From positions 96,001 to 160,000 of the forward strand of contig JBLWTJ010000001.1 in NCBI GenBank assembly GCA_048270185.1: 64,000 nucleotides of DNA, read 5' to 3'. Position numbers and translations under genes: made by a program. The stretch is from Bacteriovoracaceae bacterium. Lineage in GTDB: Bacteria > Bdellovibrionota > Bacteriovoracia > Bacteriovoracales > Bacteriovoracaceae. The notes beneath the pieces were generated by a model. That model was not told the DNA's origin, did not search any database, and saw only the letters and a program-made list of their open reading frames with translations. The first letter of the stretch is position 1. The number at the start of each line of letters is the position of its first letter. Below are positions 1 to 10,052 of this stretch, one piece after another.

Positions 1-111
1 AAATGTAATTTAGATGCATTATAATCCTTTAATCACGAAAGCTTAAGCGAATTTTTAAGAGTTTTTTAATTGTGTTGCGATGAGTAATTAAATTAAAAGG
101 AGTTATTTTAA

Positions 112-969
112 ATGTTAATCCATTCATTCTTTGACAAAGATACTAATACTCTGACTTATATCATTTACTCACATGCAACAAAGCAAGCAATTGTTATTGA
201 CCCAGTTTTAAACTTTGACTACGCAAGCGGATCTGTGTCAACAAAAGAGATTGTTCTAATCGACGAGTTCTTAAAAGAAAATGAACTTAATTTAAGTTAT
301 ATCTTTGAAACACATGTACATGCGGACCACTTATCTGGAGCCTCAAAACTCAAGGCATTGCACCCAAGTGCAAAGGTAGTCATTCACGAGAATATAAAGT
401 TAGTACAGTCTATATTTAACGAAGCCTATACTTCAGATATAGCTGAAGACGGCTCTCAATTTGATATTCTAACAAAAGAGGGCGAGGTCTTTAATGTGAG
501 TGAAGATATCAAGGTTGAAATTATTGCAACACCTGGGCACACTCCGGCTTGCATGAGTTTGTATGTCAATAAAGAGGCCCTCTTTGTAGGAGATGCTATC
601 TTTATGCCTGATATGGGGACCGGAAGATGTGATTTCCCAAAGGGAAGTGCCAAAGATTTATATTCTTCGATTCAAAAAATCTATGCCCTTAATGATAAGT
701 GTAGTATATACGTCGGCCATGACTACGGCCCAGGTGGACGTGAAATTATGTTTAAAACAACTGTTGAAAAACAGAAGAGAAATAATATTCAGTGTAAGGC
801 CACTACGACAGAAGATGAATTTCTTGAGTTTCGAACAAGTCGCGATGCCATGTTAAGTGCTCCAAGGCTTCTTATCCCTAGTATTCAGTACAATATGAAT
901 GGGGGAGAGTTTATCTTTCATGATGATAATAGAAAACCTTACTTGAAAGTGCCGGTAAATTTAATCTAA
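112..969 (+). CDS. MBL-fold metallo-hydrolase, persulfide dioxygenase (ETHE1/Blh-like)
   Basis: ETHVHADHLS metal motif, TPGHT, GDAIFMPDMGTGRCDFP, GHDY. Confidence 0.88.
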   Translation: MLIHSFFDKDTNTLTYIIYSHATKQAIVIDPVLNFDYASGSVSTKEIVLIDEFLKENELNLSYIFETHVHADHLSGASKLKALHPSAKVVIHENIKLVQSIFNEAYTSDIAEDGSQFDILTKEGEVFNVSEDIKVEIIATPGHTPACMSLYVNKEALFVGDAIFMPDMGTGRCDFPKGSAKDLYSSIQKIYALNDKCSIYVGHDYGPGGREIMFKTTVEKQKRNNIQCKATTTEDEFLEFRTSRDAMLSAPRLLIPSIQYNMNGGEFIFHDDNRKPYLKVPVNLI

Positions 970-1035
970 CTAGCTAATTTTATTTAAGTTTAAATGTCAT
1001 TTGTCGAAGAGATGACTATAGGGAGCTTAAGCTAA

Positions 1036-2370
1036 ATGACAAACGAAACTCATCCAGAAATTGAGAATACAATGCAATTTACCAAAATTGGTATTGCCCT
1101 TAAGGATTGGCCTTCTCTTTCTGAATCTGAGCGTTTGAGTATCTTCAATAGTTTCTCTGAAGAAGAAGCACAAGACTTCTTTGACTCTCTCGATTCCAAC
1201 TATCAAGCAGATCTCTTTGAACAATTTGATCGTGATCTTAAAAGACGATGGGCAAATGATCTTGCCTACGATGACCTTGCCGATATTCTACAACTTCTTG
1301 AAAAAGAACAAGTGGAAGAGACTCTTGCTCTTTTAGCAAAGCATGCACGTGTTGAAGTTATGGCCCTTATGGCCTATGCCGAAGACGTTGCTGGTGGTCT
1401 AATGAATTCAAATTATATTCGCCTACGTGCCAATATGTTTGTTGAAGAGGCCATTCGCTATATTCGTACTCAAACTTTAAGTAATGTCGAAACGATCTAC
1501 TATACTTATGTTATCGATGCCTCTCAAAAGCTTTTAGGGGTTGTCTCTTTGCGTGAGCTCTTTGGGGCCCGTGATGGCCAACGTGTTGCTGATCTTATGA
1601 CTAGTGGTGATGATCTAATTGCCATTCCTGATAATATGGACCAGGAAGAAATTGGTCGCGTCTTTAGTCGATTCGAGCAAGTTGTCCTGCCCGTTGTTGA
1701 CGAAGAATTTCGCATGAAAGGTATCATTACAATTGATGATATCATTAAGGCCGTCGAAGAAGAGATGACGGAAGATATGCAAAAAATCGGTGGGGTTGAA
1801 TCCCTCGATGCTCCATATCTTGAAGTTGGATTCTTTGAGATGGTTAAGAAGCGACTTGGTTGGCTTGTTATTTTATTTGTCGGGCAAATGCTGACGGCAA
1901 CGGCCATGACTCACTTTGAAAAGGCCATTGCTGAAACTGTTGCACTAATTACTTTTATTCCAATGATTATTTCTTCTGGAGGAAACTCTGGCTCTCAAGC
2001 TTCGGCCCTTATCATTCGTGCTTTGGCCCTTGGAGAAGTTAAGAATTCGGATACCCTAAGAGTCTTTCTTAGAGAAGCCGGCTCAGGAATATTTATGGGG
2101 CTAATCTTAGGTATATTCGGTTTTGTTCGAATTTATTTCTGGCCTCATGCAAATGAGTTATACGGTGTCAATTTCGCAAATATTTCACTAGTTGTTGGTT
2201 GCAGTATTATTTGTATTGTGACTTGGGGAACACTGGTTGGTTCAATGCTTCCATTTGGCCTTAAGACGCTACGTTTTGACCCTGCCACGGCCTCAACTCC
2301 CTTTGTTGCTACAATTTGTGACGTTACGGGAATCATCATCTATTTCACGATTGCTCATCTGCTCTTGTAG
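1036..2370 (+). CDS. mgtE: Magnesium transporter MgtE
   Basis: N-terminal domain, two CBS domains, 5 TM segments, GGNSGSQ and DPATASTPFVATICD motifs. Confidence 0.95.
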   Translation: MTNETHPEIENTMQFTKIGIALKDWPSLSESERLSIFNSFSEEEAQDFFDSLDSNYQADLFEQFDRDLKRRWANDLAYDDLADILQLLEKEQVEETLALLAKHARVEVMALMAYAEDVAGGLMNSNYIRLRANMFVEEAIRYIRTQTLSNVETIYYTYVIDASQKLLGVVSLRELFGARDGQRVADLMTSGDDLIAIPDNMDQEEIGRVFSRFEQVVLPVVDEEFRMKGIITIDDIIKAVEEEMTEDMQKIGGVESLDAPYLEVGFFEMVKKRLGWLVILFVGQMLTATAMTHFEKAIAETVALITFIPMIISSGGNSGSQASALIIRALALGEVKNSDTLRVFLREAGSGIFMGLILGIFGFVRIYFWPHANELYGVNFANISLVVGCSIICIVTWGTLVGSMLPFGLKTLRFDPATASTPFVATICDVTGIIIYFTIAHLLL

Positions 2371-2381
2371 TTTTTGGCCAT

Positions 2382-2415
2382 AAAAAAAGCCTCCATTTCG
2401 GAGGCTTAACTTTTT
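2382..2415. terminator. Bidirectional intrinsic terminator
   Basis: AAGCCTCC-ATTTC-GGAGGCTT hairpin with A/T tracts between convergent genes. Confidence 0.8.
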
Positions 2416-2416
2416 C

Positions 2417-3211
2417 TTATTTTGATTTTTTCTTGGTTGCTTTCTTTGCCGTTTTTTTGGCCGTTTTCTTTGCTACTTTCTTTGCAGCTTTCTTTGCTAC
2501 TTTTTTTGGTGCAGCTTTCTTTGTTACTTTCTTTGCTGTCTTTTTGGCCGTTTTCTTCGCTACTTTTTTAGTAACTTTCTTGGCAGTTTTCTTGGCAGTT
2601 TTCTTGGCAACTTTTTTAGTTACTTTCTTGGCCGTCTTCTTAGCAGTCTTTTTAGCTACTTTCTTTGCAACTTTTTTCTCTGCCTTCTTTGCCGTTTTCT
2701 TTGCAGCTTTTTTGGCAACCTTTTTAACAACTTTCTTCTTGGTCTCTTTTGCTTTCTTCGTCAGATCATTGGCCACTTTCTTTGTTGCTTTTCTAACTTC
2801 TTCAACAGACTCTTCAAGATCGTCAGCTGCTTGTTTGGCCACTCGTTGAACAGTATTGATGGCCTTCTTCGTTGACTTCTTTACCGACTCATAAGTATCA
2901 CCATGACCTAGAGTTGCGATCTCTTTTTCAATCATTGCTTCATATTCAGAAAGAACTTTCATTGGATCTTTACCAAGTCTTTCGAGTTCTTCTTTTAATT
3001 CGTTTAGGAACTTTTCGATCTTATGTTTTTGAACATTGACTTTATCGTAGCGAAATCTGAAGTGATAGTAGAGTTCGTCATACTTTTCACTGCCTTCGTC
3101 TTGAATGCGCTCAAGTAGGTGAGAGCATTTTTTTAGAATCTCATCACTTGATGAAGTTAGGGCGTGTTTGGCCTGTTTATTCTTCTTTTTTAAAAAATCC
3201 TCGATACTCAT
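2417..3211 (-). CDS. Lys/Ala-rich histone H1/Hc2-like basic repeat protein with N-terminal helical domain
   Basis: C-terminal ~110 aa of KKTA/KKVA/KKVT repeats; GAGGG SD upstream. Confidence 0.8.
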   Translation of the reverse strand: MSIEDFLKKKNKQAKHALTSSSDEILKKCSHLLERIQDEGSEKYDELYYHFRFRYDKVNVQKHKIEKFLNELKEELERLGKDPMKVLSEYEAMIEKEIATLGHGDTYESVKKSTKKAINTVQRVAKQAADDLEESVEEVRKATKKVANDLTKKAKETKKKVVKKVAKKAAKKTAKKAEKKVAKKVAKKTAKKTAKKVTKKVAKKTAKKTAKKVTKKVAKKTAKKTAKKVTKKAAPKKVAKKAAKKVAKKTAKKTAKKATKKKSK

Positions 3212-3384
3212 TTTTCCCTCGCTTTTTCAGCATTGGATCGATGCTGTTGTAAATAATTTTACATTAATAAGGTAAACTCATTCAATAGTATTTTCAACCA
3301 TTTAATATCGTGTATATTTTAATATTTACTTGCTTTGGACGTCAGAATTCTCTATATATAGGTATAGTAATTAATTGGGCAATT

Positions 3385-3831
3385 ATGGATAACGATATGC
3401 AAGAGATAAAGACAACAAATATTGACGAATCAGCGGATCGTGCGGGTTTGCTCTTTTCTGTGATTTGTTGCCTACATTGCATGGCAATCCCATTACTTCT
3501 AATTTTTGCACCGTCTGTTGCAAGTATTTTTGAGAATCCTTTAATTCATAGTCTTTCGATTCTCATTATTGTTCCAGTTGGTCTCTACGCCTTTGTAAAA
3601 AACCTAAAAGTTCACTCAGATAAGAGACCTCTAATTATTGGTGTTCTTGGAATGGCCACAATTCTCATTGGACACTTCAATAGCTATATCTTTGGTGGGC
3701 ATCACGTTGGTCACCATGTTCACTCAATTGGTGCAGTTGAAATCATCTCATCACTTGTTGGTGGTTTTGCATTAATTGGCGCACACTTGCTTAATATCAA
3801 GCTTTGTCGCTGTAATCACTGCGATCACTAA
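3385..3831 (+). CDS. MerC-domain membrane protein
   Basis: DRAGLLFSVICCLHC motif, 4 TM segments, His-rich loop; start moved to ATG 3385. Confidence 0.8.
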   Translation: MDNDMQEIKTTNIDESADRAGLLFSVICCLHCMAIPLLLIFAPSVASIFENPLIHSLSILIIVPVGLYAFVKNLKVHSDKRPLIIGVLGMATILIGHFNSYIFGGHHVGHHVHSIGAVEIISSLVGGFALIGAHLLNIKLCRCNHCDH

Positions 3832-4895
3832 TAACGTAAATTTGTTCGATCTGAAATTCTTAATGAATCATTATCCATGTAATTCGTAATAGTCTCTGTA
3901 AAGGCTTGCACATCTTCTAGGTTAAAGAGTTTCTTAGTAAAATTATGGCCAAAATTAAGCCAGACATGGCCAACTTTTAAGAAGAAGCGAATGCGTTTTA
4001 AGGCCTGTTTCTTTTCATAGTAATGAAAACAAGCTTGGATATAGCCAATGACAAAGTCACCGTAGAGCTTGGCGTAATCATCCTTTGTCTTAGTTAATAT
4101 ATCCTGTTGAAATTCATCAAGTTGGCAGCCAAGGCTTTGGGCGTACTTTGTAACGATCCATGGCTTGGCCGTCAGAACTCGTCCAAGCATCGTGGCCTGA
4201 CATCCAGTTTCTTCTCGCATTTGAGAAATATCTTCAAATTCCTGTATATCTCCATTTCCAATAATGGGAAGATCAATACTATCTTGTAAGAGCTTTATCT
4301 GTCCCCAGTCGGCATTTCCCTTTCGCTTTTGTTCGGCCAAGCGCGGATGGAGAATAAGCCAGTCGGCCCCTGCATCTTTTAAGGCATGGCAGAAGTCTAG
4401 TAAGAAACTCTTGTCGGCCTGAAGTCCGGCCCTTAATTTTACAGAGATCGGAACTGTCGCATACTTCTTAACCGTGGCCACAACTTCATGGGCGTAATTG
4501 ATATCACCCATTAAAGATACTCCGTAATTATGTTTTAAGGCCTTCTTAACTGGACATCCCATATTGATATCGATGGCCTTTGCTCCCCATGCTTCAAGCT
4601 TTGGAATTGATTTGGAGATATAGCGTTCTTCATTGCAAAGAATCTGGGGATAAAGACCAAGATCAAATTCACTCTTTAATGTTTCAGGGGTTTCCCCCAA
4701 AATTTGATCGGGAAGGCGTCTTGAGTTGAGCATTTCAGTGGCCCACAATGTTTTCTTGTCATTACCTCTAGGGAAATAGGGCCTTAGTGCGTCTCGTAAG
4801 GCAACATGAGAGAGTCCCACCATTGGCGCAAGAAGCAGTGGAAACTCAACTAGCTCATTAAATTTTTGCCAAGAAGGCGAGTGAGGTTGTGACAA
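3828..4895 (-). CDS. tRNA-dihydrouridine synthase family protein
   Basis: LAPMVG, DINMGCP, SVKLR, HPR, GNGD motifs. Confidence 0.92.
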   Translation of the reverse strand: MSQPHSPSWQKFNELVEFPLLLAPMVGLSHVALRDALRPYFPRGNDKKTLWATEMLNSRRLPDQILGETPETLKSEFDLGLYPQILCNEERYISKSIPKLEAWGAKAIDINMGCPVKKALKHNYGVSLMGDINYAHEVVATVKKYATVPISVKLRAGLQADKSFLLDFCHALKDAGADWLILHPRLAEQKRKGNADWGQIKLLQDSIDLPIIGNGDIQEFEDISQMREETGCQATMLGRVLTAKPWIVTKYAQSLGCQLDEFQQDILTKTKDDYAKLYGDFVIGYIQACFHYYEKKQALKRIRFFLKVGHVWLNFGHNFTKKLFNLEDVQAFTETITNYMDNDSLRISDRTNLRY

Positions 4896-5557
4896 ATTTT
4901 CTTCCTTAAATCATGGAGATCCACATCTTGAATTCTTGCAAACTCTTCATAAACTCTCTTTATTTCGAGTTCGTTGCGGTCGTCGGTTTCAAAGAATATA
5001 TACTCTAATTTGACTTTGTTCTTCAATAGATGCTTTGCGATCTTTGCCGTTTTCGATTCATAGAAGCGAGGTCCAAGACTGGTGTAGATGCCATGCTCAT
5101 GGCATGAGTTCATTTGTATTTCATTGCCGTTAAAGTCATGTAAGACCCATGCTTGTTTAGGCCTATAGAGCTTATGCAAGGCCAGGATTTCATCAAGTGC
5201 CCGCACATTGTGAATAATGAGTGGCTTTTCTAATTCCATACTGAGCTTTATATGCCACTCAAAAATATTTCTTTGATCTTTGATTGGAGTTTCGATGGCC
5301 CGATCAAGGCCTGCTTCTCCAACCATTAAACAATTTTCATCAAGGCAAAGAGATTTAATTTGCTTGAAATCATTTTCGGCGTCTTCGAGGCGCCAGGGAT
5401 GAACTCCTGCGCTGAAATATTGTTTTGGATAAGGTAACTCATTGATTTTTGGAGAGTAAGAATAAATGTGAATCTCACTTTCTGAAGTGGGCCCATGTGA
5501 GGCCCTGTGCCCGTGAAGGTCGATAAATTTTGCACTCTGAGATTCTTTGCTTGTCAT
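4850..5557 (-). CDS. tatD: TatD-family hydrolase
   Basis: DxHxH, GVHPW, VGEAGLD, IIH, ETD motifs. Confidence 0.88.
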   Translation of the reverse strand: MTSKESQSAKFIDLHGHRASHGPTSESEIHIYSYSPKINELPYPKQYFSAGVHPWRLEDAENDFKQIKSLCLDENCLMVGEAGLDRAIETPIKDQRNIFEWHIKLSMELEKPLIIHNVRALDEILALHKLYRPKQAWVLHDFNGNEIQMNSCHEHGIYTSLGPRFYESKTAKIAKHLLKNKVKLEYIFFETDDRNELEIKRVYEEFARIQDVDLHDLRKKICHNLTRLLGKNLMS

Positions 5558-5694
5558 ATGCTTATTATTTTAATACATTACCGGTCTAATTAAAAATTTG
5601 AAAAAAGATATTGCCTATCTTTTTAAATTCAATTATTTATTTAGCATATTTTAATATTTTTTATAAGCGTTACAAATTGATGTAGGAGTACTTA

Positions 5695-5943
5695 ATGTTA
5701 ACAATTAGATTACAACGCGGTGGTAGAACTCACATGCCTATTTACACAATCGTTGCTGCTGACTCTAGAAATGCTAGAGATGGTAAATTCAGCGAAAAGC
5801 TAGGGCAATATAACCCACACCTTTCAGAAGGTAACCTTATCGACGTTAGAGCTGAGAGAATTACTGAGCTTGTTGGTAAAGGTGCTACAATTTCAGATAC
5901 TGTTAGAACTCTACTAAAGAAGAATAACGTAACTTTAAACTAA
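5695..5943 (+). CDS. rpsP: 30S ribosomal protein S16
   Basis: IRLQRGG..PIYTIVAADSR..RDG..GQYNP; AGGAG SD. Confidence 0.98.
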   Translation: MLTIRLQRGGRTHMPIYTIVAADSRNARDGKFSEKLGQYNPHLSEGNLIDVRAERITELVGKGATISDTVRTLLKKNNVTLN

Positions 5944-5996
5944 TTAAAGTTTCAATTTTTTCTTTATTTTAAACGGCATTTTTGTAGAAGGAGTTC

Positions 5997-6239
5997 ATGA
6001 TGAGTGAGTTAAAAGATTTGATTAACACAGTTAGTCGCGCGCTAGTTGATATGCCAGAGCAAGTAGAAGTAAACGAAATCGTTGGTGAACAGACGACAGT
6101 AATTGAGCTAAAGGTTGATAAAACTGACCTTGGAAAAGTTATTGGAAAGCAAGGGAAAACTGCCCGTGCTCTAAGAACTATTCTTAACGCAGCTTCAACA
6201 AAATTGAAAAAAAGATCTGTTTTAGAAATTATAGAATAA
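5997..6239 (+). CDS. khpA: KH-domain RNA-binding protein KhpA
   Basis: DLGKVIGKQGKTARALR; follows rpsP. Confidence 0.93.
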   Translation: MMSELKDLINTVSRALVDMPEQVEVNEIVGEQTTVIELKVDKTDLGKVIGKQGKTARALRTILNAASTKLKKRSVLEIIE

Positions 6240-6268
6240 TTTACTTGAATCAATAAATTTTGTGAATT

Positions 6269-6298
6269 AAAAAGACCTATCGAAAGATAGGTTTTTTT
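6269..6298 (+). terminator. Intrinsic terminator after rpsP-khpA
   Basis: ACCTATC-GAAA-GATAGGT followed by a T tract. Confidence 0.85.
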
Positions 6299-6322
6299 GT
6301 TTCAACAATATGGAGAGTAATT

Positions 6323-6697
6323 ATGGAAATCGTTGCAAATACAGATTCGAAAAGAGTGCTCTTAGTTGACGATCAGGTCGAGATTCTAGAGTTACTTCAA
6401 GATGCCTTAACAATGGAAGGCTTCCTTGTTGACGCGTGCTCAGATGCACACCAGGCCTTAGCTGCACTTGGCTCTAATAGCTATTCACATATTATATCTG
6501 ACTATCAAATGCCAGGTGTCGATGGGATGGAGCTGGCCTCTAGGGCCCGTGGAATTCTCAATGAGAAGATGCCTGAGTTTATTTTGGCGACTGGGGATTG
6601 TTCGATTAACTCTGAGTCTATAAAGGGCAAGGGAGTGACTGGAATTCTGCCAAAACCCTTTACCTTAAAGCAAGTTATTAGCGTTTTAAAGCACTAA
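6323..6697 (+). CDS. Single-domain response regulator (CheY-like receiver)
   Basis: [22 protein letters not shown]. Confidence 0.92.
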   Translation: MEIVANTDSKRVLLVDDQVEILELLQDALTMEGFLVDACSDAHQALAALGSNSYSHIISDYQMPGVDGMELASRARGILNEKMPEFILATGDCSINSESIKGKGVTGILPKPFTLKQVISVLKH

Positions 6698-6885
6698 GAA
6701 TCTTTCTTCTTATCCTCTAATTTCGACTTAGCGCTGGTATTTTCGCTTTCATCGTCTTTTAGACCTTCTTTAAAGCCTGTAATGGCCTTACCCAGAGATT
6801 TCCCTAGTTCAGGAAGCTTCTTTCCGCCAAATAGTAGAACGATGATTGCTAGGATAATTAAACTTTCAGTAATTCCAAGACTCAT
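6694..6885 (-). CDS. tatA: Twin-arginine translocase TatA/E subunit
   Basis: [23 protein letters not shown]. Confidence 0.95.
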   Translation of the reverse strand: MSLGITESLIILAIIVLLFGGKKLPELGKSLGKAITGFKEGLKDDESENTSAKSKLEDKKKDS

Positions 6886-6900
6886 ATTTACCTCTTAACT

Positions 6901-7470
6901 TTAGTAGATCTTTGATAAGTCCATTGTGTACTTACCTGGAGAGTATTCGGCAAATCTCTTGGCGCGAATATCTTTGTATAGCTTCTTTGAGTTTGAACTT
7001 GAAGCGTATGGGTAAATGCAAATTCCACCACGAGGTGTGAATTCGCCAATAACTTCGACATATTTTGGCTTCATTAGCTTTGTTAAGTCATCACAGATTT
7101 TTTGTACGCAATCTTCATGGAAGTCACCGTGATTTCTGAAGCTAAATAAATAAAGCTTTAATGACTTTGACTCGACCATCTTCTTATCAGCAATATAATT
7201 AATATAAATACGAGCAAAGTCAGGTTGTCCTGTCTTAGGGCATAGGGAAGTGAACTCTGTGCAAACAAATGTTGTCCAAGCATCACTATTTGGATTCTTA
7301 TTGTCAAAAGCTTCTAGGACTTCTGGCGCGTATGTATCTGGGTAATCAGTATTGGCCGAACCAAGGGCGAATGCAGTTAGCTCTTTTGTGTCGCGGCCTT
7401 TATTGGACTTAGTAGTCTTTGCTGATTTTGTTGTTTTTGCTTTCTTGATAGCTTTTTTCGATGATGACAT
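6901..7470 (-). CDS. queF: NADPH-dependent preQ0 reductase
   Basis: EFTSLCPKTGQPDFA, VESKSLKLYL, FHE, PRGG; Lys-rich N-terminal extension. Confidence 0.95.
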   Translation of the reverse strand: MSSSKKAIKKAKTTKSAKTTKSNKGRDTKELTAFALGSANTDYPDTYAPEVLEAFDNKNPNSDAWTTFVCTEFTSLCPKTGQPDFARIYINYIADKKMVESKSLKLYLFSFRNHGDFHEDCVQKICDDLTKLMKPKYVEVIGEFTPRGGICIYPYASSSNSKKLYKDIRAKRFAEYSPGKYTMDLSKIY

Positions 7471-7535
7471 TTATCGACTCTCTTGAATTATTTTGATAGG
7501 TTATATATGACTTAATTTAACACCGTCAAGGAACA

Positions 7536-9968
7536 ATGGCAATGCGTCACGATCATTTAACATTCCCTGCGGGTAAGAAAGATGGCCACAAAGTAACAAA
7601 AGTAGTTTTGGTTCAACTTGGTTCTCCGAAATCTCCAGCAGTTAAAGATGTTAGAACATACTTAAAAGAATTCTTAGGCGATCCAAGAGTCGTCGATATC
7701 AATCCTCTCTTATGGAAGATTATTTTAAACCTCTTTGTCATTCCATTTAGGCCAAAGAGATCTGCTGCACTCTATAGTCGAATTTGGGAGGGGAGTGAAT
7801 TTCCTCTAACTCGTATTACAAGAGAGTTTACACTTAAGGTAAATGAATTAACTCCTGATCATATCGAAGTTGAACACGCCTTTTTACTATGTGAACCACG
7901 TGTTGCTGATGTCTATGCAAAGTGGGAGAAGGAGCTAGAAGAAAGACTTGAGCCAGCTCAAAAACTAATCGTCATCCCAATGTTTCCTCAGTACTCAGAG
8001 TCGACAATTGCAAGTGGTATTGACTTCTTTGGGAAACTTCTTGAGACTAAAGTTCGAATTCCAAATTTTGAAGTCATTACAAACTTTCATCGCCTTCAAT
8101 CTTTCATTGATAACTCAGTACGTATTATTAATGAGAAGATTGCGACTGAAGAAATTGATGAATTAGTCATCTCTTTTCATGGTATCCCAAAGAGGCGAGT
8201 GATTTATAAGAAAGACCCATACTATCAGCACTGCTTTGAAACTTTTCAATTCATCCTTGCTGGTATCAAGGGAATCACTTCAGATAAAGTTCATATGACT
8301 TTCCAGTCACGTTTTGGAAGTGAAGAATGGCTAACTCCATACACTGATGAATTTACTGTCAACCTCGCTAAAGATGGAGCAAAGAATATTGCGGTTTATT
8401 GTCCGGCCTTTGTTGCTGATTGCCTCGAGACAATTGATGAAATTGGAACTGAACTACAAGAAGAAGTTGAGGAGTATGGAACTAAGATACATGCAATCCC
8501 TTGCTTAAATGATGATGAGCAGTGGGCCAGTGGATTTGCAAATTATGTCGAGACTCTTTGTGATAACCCAAAAGAAGTTGAAAAAATTGAATACGAATTA
8601 CCAAAGGAAAAATACATGGATATGCCAAAGCAGACGATGGAGTCTGAACCTCTAAGTGATAATGCAAAGAAGTCACTAAAAATAGTCTTTCTAACTCTCT
8701 TTCTCGACTTAGTTGGATTCTCGATTATTTTCCCTTTATTTCCATCATTAGCTAAGTACTACTTAACTGTTGATGCTGATAATATTTTCTTAAAGGCAAT
8801 CTTTGGATCAATTGATACCTTAACGAGTGCAGGTGGCGCAGGAAGTTTCTCGGCCATCGTTCTCTTTGGTGGTGCGCTTGGTGCTCTTTATTCTTTATTA
8901 CAATTTATTGCTGCACCAATTTGGGGAACCATCTCAGATCGTATTGGACGTAAACCAGTTCTTTTAATTTCTGTTTTCGGACTCTTTATTAGTTATGTTA
9001 TGTGGGCCGTTGCTGGAAATTTCACAATCCTTATTCTTGCTCGCTTTATTGGCGGAATTATGGGGGGCAATATTTCAACAGCAACTGCAGTTGTAGCAGA
9101 TGTCACAACAAATAAGAACCGTTCAAAAGGGATGGCGACAATTGGTATTGCCTTTGCTCTTGGTTTCATTATTGGTCCAGCAATGGGGGGGATCTTATCT
9201 CTCTTTGATTTAACAAAGATGTATCCATCTCTTGCCTCAATTGGAATTAACCCATTCTCAATGGCCGCGATCGTAGCAGGGCTACTTTCTCTTTTTAACT
9301 TATATAATCTTTATAAGAAGTTTGATGAAACACTTCCTCCTGAAAAGCGTGGTCAGCACGAAACAGAAAGAAGTGCTAACCCTCTTAAGTTATTTAAGCC
9401 TCTGCCATATAAAGGCGTAAACTTAACTAATTTCGGTTACTTTTTATTTCTACTAGCATTTAGTGGCATGGAGTTTACGTTAACATTCCTTGCGGCCGAA
9501 AGACTTAATTATTCTTCGATGGATAATGCTTATATGTTTATCTTTATCGGTCTTGTTCTTGCTCTTGTACAAGGTGGCTACGTTAGAAGAAAAGCGCATA
9601 CAGTAGGTGAGAAGCGCATGGCCTTACAAGGTCTTGTGACGATTATTCCTGGACTTATTTTAATTGGAATGGCCTCTTCTTCATGGCTTGTTTATGCAGG
9701 ACTATTCTTCTTAGCAATCGGATCATCTCTTGTTATTCCATGTCTGACTTCACTTGTGTCGATGTACTCACCGGCACAAAGCCAAGGTCATGTGATTGGT
9801 GTTTTTAGATCTCTCGGTGCACTGGCCAGAGTATTTGGGCCAATTGTCGCTTCTCTTGTTTACTGGCGATACAACTCGGCAGCTCCTTATTACTTAGGGA
9901 GTGTCTTTTTAATAATACCAATTTTAATGATTGCGAGACTACCAAAGCCTCAAGAAATTAAAGGATAG
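7536..9968 (+). CDS. hemH: Ferrochelatase (HemH) fused to a TetA/DHA1-like MFS transporter
   Basis: N-terminal LGSP, EFLGDPRV, PQYSEST, SFHGIP, FQSRFG..WLTPYT, DCLETIDEI; C-terminal 12 hydrophobic segments with GTISDRIGRK (motif A) and GFIIGPAMGG (motif C); no stop between the domains. Confidence 0.9.
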   Translation: MAMRHDHLTFPAGKKDGHKVTKVVLVQLGSPKSPAVKDVRTYLKEFLGDPRVVDINPLLWKIILNLFVIPFRPKRSAALYSRIWEGSEFPLTRITREFTLKVNELTPDHIEVEHAFLLCEPRVADVYAKWEKELEERLEPAQKLIVIPMFPQYSESTIASGIDFFGKLLETKVRIPNFEVITNFHRLQSFIDNSVRIINEKIATEEIDELVISFHGIPKRRVIYKKDPYYQHCFETFQFILAGIKGITSDKVHMTFQSRFGSEEWLTPYTDEFTVNLAKDGAKNIAVYCPAFVADCLETIDEIGTELQEEVEEYGTKIHAIPCLNDDEQWASGFANYVETLCDNPKEVEKIEYELPKEKYMDMPKQTMESEPLSDNAKKSLKIVFLTLFLDLVGFSIIFPLFPSLAKYYLTVDADNIFLKAIFGSIDTLTSAGGAGSFSAIVLFGGALGALYSLLQFIAAPIWGTISDRIGRKPVLLISVFGLFISYVMWAVAGNFTILILARFIGGIMGGNISTATAVVADVTTNKNRSKGMATIGIAFALGFIIGPAMGGILSLFDLTKMYPSLASIGINPFSMAAIVAGLLSLFNLYNLYKKFDETLPPEKRGQHETERSANPLKLFKPLPYKGVNLTNFGYFLFLLAFSGMEFTLTFLAAERLNYSSMDNAYMFIFIGLVLALVQGGYVRRKAHTVGEKRMALQGLVTIIPGLILIGMASSSWLVYAGLFFLAIGSSLVIPCLTSLVSMYSPAQSQGHVIGVFRSLGALARVFGPIVASLVYWRYNSAAPYYLGSVFLIIPILMIARLPKPQEIKG

Positions 9969-10017
9969 GTCTGCTCCGGCTCCTGCCTCTCGCAGACATA
10001 CCGTACATCCTGTACAT

Positions 10018-10047
10018 AAAAAAAGCCTAGCATTAGCTAGGCTTTTT
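10018..10047. terminator. Bidirectional intrinsic terminator
   Basis: AAAAAGCCTAGC-ATTA-GCTAGGCTTTTT. Confidence 0.88.
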
Positions 10048-10052
10048 ATTTT

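Noticed and set aside
2430..2760. Tandem 12-nt-like repeats as a possible CRISPR or VNTR
   Set aside because: Degenerate coding repeats with no constant repeat/unique spacer pattern and no cas genes.
2433..2849. 138-aa Phe/Ala/Leu-rich plus-strand ORF resembling a membrane protein
   Set aside because: It is the antisense shadow of the KKxA repeats on the minus strand; no SD.
5969..6253. 94-aa minus-strand ORF
   Set aside because: Antisense to khpA, which has clear homology and an SD.
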